Shown piece by piece: positions 61,901 through 64,000 of a stretch of DNA of 64,000 nt. Both the position numbers and the translations under genes were made by a program. The DNA comes from Lytechinus pictus (lineage: Eukaryota): NCBI RefSeq assembly GCF_037042905.1, contig NC_087252.1, forward strand, positions 5,086,001 to 5,150,000, read 5' to 3'. Each line of letters begins with the position of its first letter. Position 1 is the stretch's first letter. The notes beneath the pieces were generated by a model. It did no database searches. It was given only the letters and a program-made list of their open reading frames with translations, and had not been told where the DNA came from.

Positions 61901-63587
61901 ATGTTTTTTGGGATACAAAGCTTGATCTTATTCAAAACGTGCTAAAATTATCCAGTTTTAAATCAGAATATCCACAATTTTCTGCTCGCGCTTTGCGCTC
62001 GCATTATTATTGTAGGGAGATACCAAAAATCACCCATCCTTTTTCATGATTGACAAACATGAATCGAATGTCCCATTGGGGGATTTGAAATCTCATCTTT
62101 TTAGGATGGAATATAAAAAATGTTCAGCTCGCGCTTTGCGCTCGCATTATTATTGTAGGGAGATACCAACAATTACCCATCCTTTTTCATGATTGACAAA
62201 CATGAATCGAATATCCCATTGGGGGATTTGAAATCTCATCTTTTTAGGTTGGAATATAAAAAATGTTCAGCTCGCGCTTCGCGCTCGCATTATTTAATCG
62301 TTGAAATGTGTATCGTCTTAATGGCTAACTGCAAAACATCCTTAACTGGTCCCTTTTCGACCAGGCCAGAACGAATATTTAACATTTCTGCTCGCGCTTG
62401 GCGCTCGTGGTAATTATCTAGTTACATACGCGTCCTGTTCAGGTTCACAAACATTGCCCAAAATGTTCAATTTTCAGGACAAAATACATGAACCTTCATT
62501 TTTAGATTACATAGGGCTTAAGAGATTATTACACATTCATGTTGCTTATAAAGTAAAGCTAGGAAATGACTGTTGAAAAAATAGAGAGAATCAAGACTAA
62601 GAAAAAATAGAGAGAAAAGGAAAGGGATTAGGATGAAATATGATATTATTTTCCAAATATTATGTCAAAATCTATCACAACCTTGTATTTTTGTAATAAA
62701 AATGTCAGGATATTTTCTTGCTCGCTTCGCTCACTGGCAACTTCTTATTAATTTTATGCGATACACCATATCGAGCCCCCTCGAAATTGTTGGCTCATTA
62801 AGGCACTGGGACAACCCCTTCAAAGAAACAAAAAAAAATCAACTTTGAGCGGCCGATCGGGAAAAATATGGGTGAAAAAATGGCCCCTCACCCTATTGGC
62901 GGAAGCTGGGTCCGCCCCTGACTTAGGCTTTCAGGATATAATACATGAAAAATCTATTAAAAAAAAGATCGCGCTTCGCGTTCTCATTATTTATTTAGGC
63001 CTTGTGAGATGCCTCAATTTGTTTTTAAGAATGAAATCTCAGATTTTCTTTGACGTCTACCCCCCCCCCATTTCATTTATTTTTTTTAACTCGGTGCCCT
63101 CGCCACCCCCCCCCCCCCCCCGTGCACCCATGCTGAATAAATACGCCACTGATGAGGAGAATTAGTCGATTGCTTCGAGATTGCATTATTCCCAAGAGGT
63201 TATCATTAATATTATTGAAGGGTATTCTAACACAACAGTACAGAAACTACAGCTCCCGTTCACACAATATTCTAGTAGGGCCTACTCTGGTTAGAAGTTA
63301 AACCAAATTGAACCCCCCCCCCAAAAAAAAAAATCACTCGTGCTTCGCGCTCCCATTGATATTACATTATATATTTATGGATTTTTTTTTTTCAAGAACA
63401 CATAAAAAAGTGGTCATTATTTTTTTTAATGTGATTATGAGATAATTCAAAATCCATTTAAGGCACTTAATTTAGCCTTCCCGGGAGGGAGTGGGCGCTT
63501 TTTTTCGAAAAGTACACATATGGGCGCCAAAAATCAGGTCAAATTTGGCCCCCCCCCCTTCCCCACGAAATCCTGGATCCGCGCCTG
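58966..63587. mobile_element. 4.6-kb composite hAT-like non-autonomous element
   Basis: 8-bp TSD ggttctat (58958-58965 and 63588-63595); TIR caggtgcggatcca / tggatccgcgcctg. Contains a purine tract, ggcgccaaa repeats and many GCTCGCGCTTCGCGCTCGC motifs. Confidence 0.85.
59022..59785 (+). repeat. Polypurine (A/G) low-complexity tract
   Basis: ~760 bp almost entirely A/G; the source of the spurious K/E/R-rich ORFs. Confidence 0.95.
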
Positions 63588-64000
63588 GGTTCTATAACAA
63601 TAACCCAATTAGGGCAGTCACCCCCTGACAACTACTTCAAGGAAAATATTATCCCCATATTTTTACCGCCGGGGACTGATACCCCCCCCCGGAAATTTAC
63701 CCTCCAGACAATTACCCCGGATAATTATCCCTAGTACGGAGCCTTGAAAATGCCATCTTGCCATGTCTTAATTAATCATTGGCGGCGGAAGGCAAAAAAG
63801 ATTAGGGGGGTCCACCTGAAATTTTGGGATGGACACAGGTAAAAAATTTGACAAGCAAGTCAACCAAAATTTATAGGAAGGACCACCAAATTTTTTTGAC
63901 GAAAAAAAAGGTTATCAACCAAAATTAGGGGGGGGGGGACAAAAAGATTTTAGGGGGGGGGGGTCCACCTCAATTTAGGGGGGGGGGACGTAGAAAACAA

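Overview
This is AT-rich, intron-rich animal genomic DNA. The repeat landscape suggests an invertebrate deuterostome such as a sea urchin (inference only). Two spliced genes were reconstructed by hand on the minus strand. (1) Cystathionine beta-synthase (CBS): 12 coding exons from ATG at 27728 to TAA at 8130, 1590 nt, 529 aa, all introns GT-AG and phase-consistent. It has the heme Cys/His motif, the PLP lysine (SVKDR), the GTGGT loop and a C-terminal CBS/Bateman module, plus a probable non-coding first exon near 30.0-30.1 kb. (2) A divergent two-pore-domain K+ channel (K2P): 3 exons, 45449 to 38709, 365 aa. CBS appears to share a bidirectional promoter (~30.1-30.4 kb) with an unidentified plus-strand transcript, whose first intron may contain the K2P gene in antisense. 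The rest is non-autonomous DNA transposons (Harbinger-, hAT-, Tc1-, Kolobok-, CACTA- and Helentron-like), SINEs, LINE remnants and simple repeats. The most interesting observations are: two candidate in-frame microexons (27 and 18 nt) directly after the CBS heme-binding exon; local tandem duplications of CBS exon 3' ends, splice donors and the stop codon; a four-level nested MITE stack in a K2P intron; and an intronic element carrying an array of perfect DR1 nuclear-receptor sites. No prokaryote-type system (CRISPR etc.) is present.
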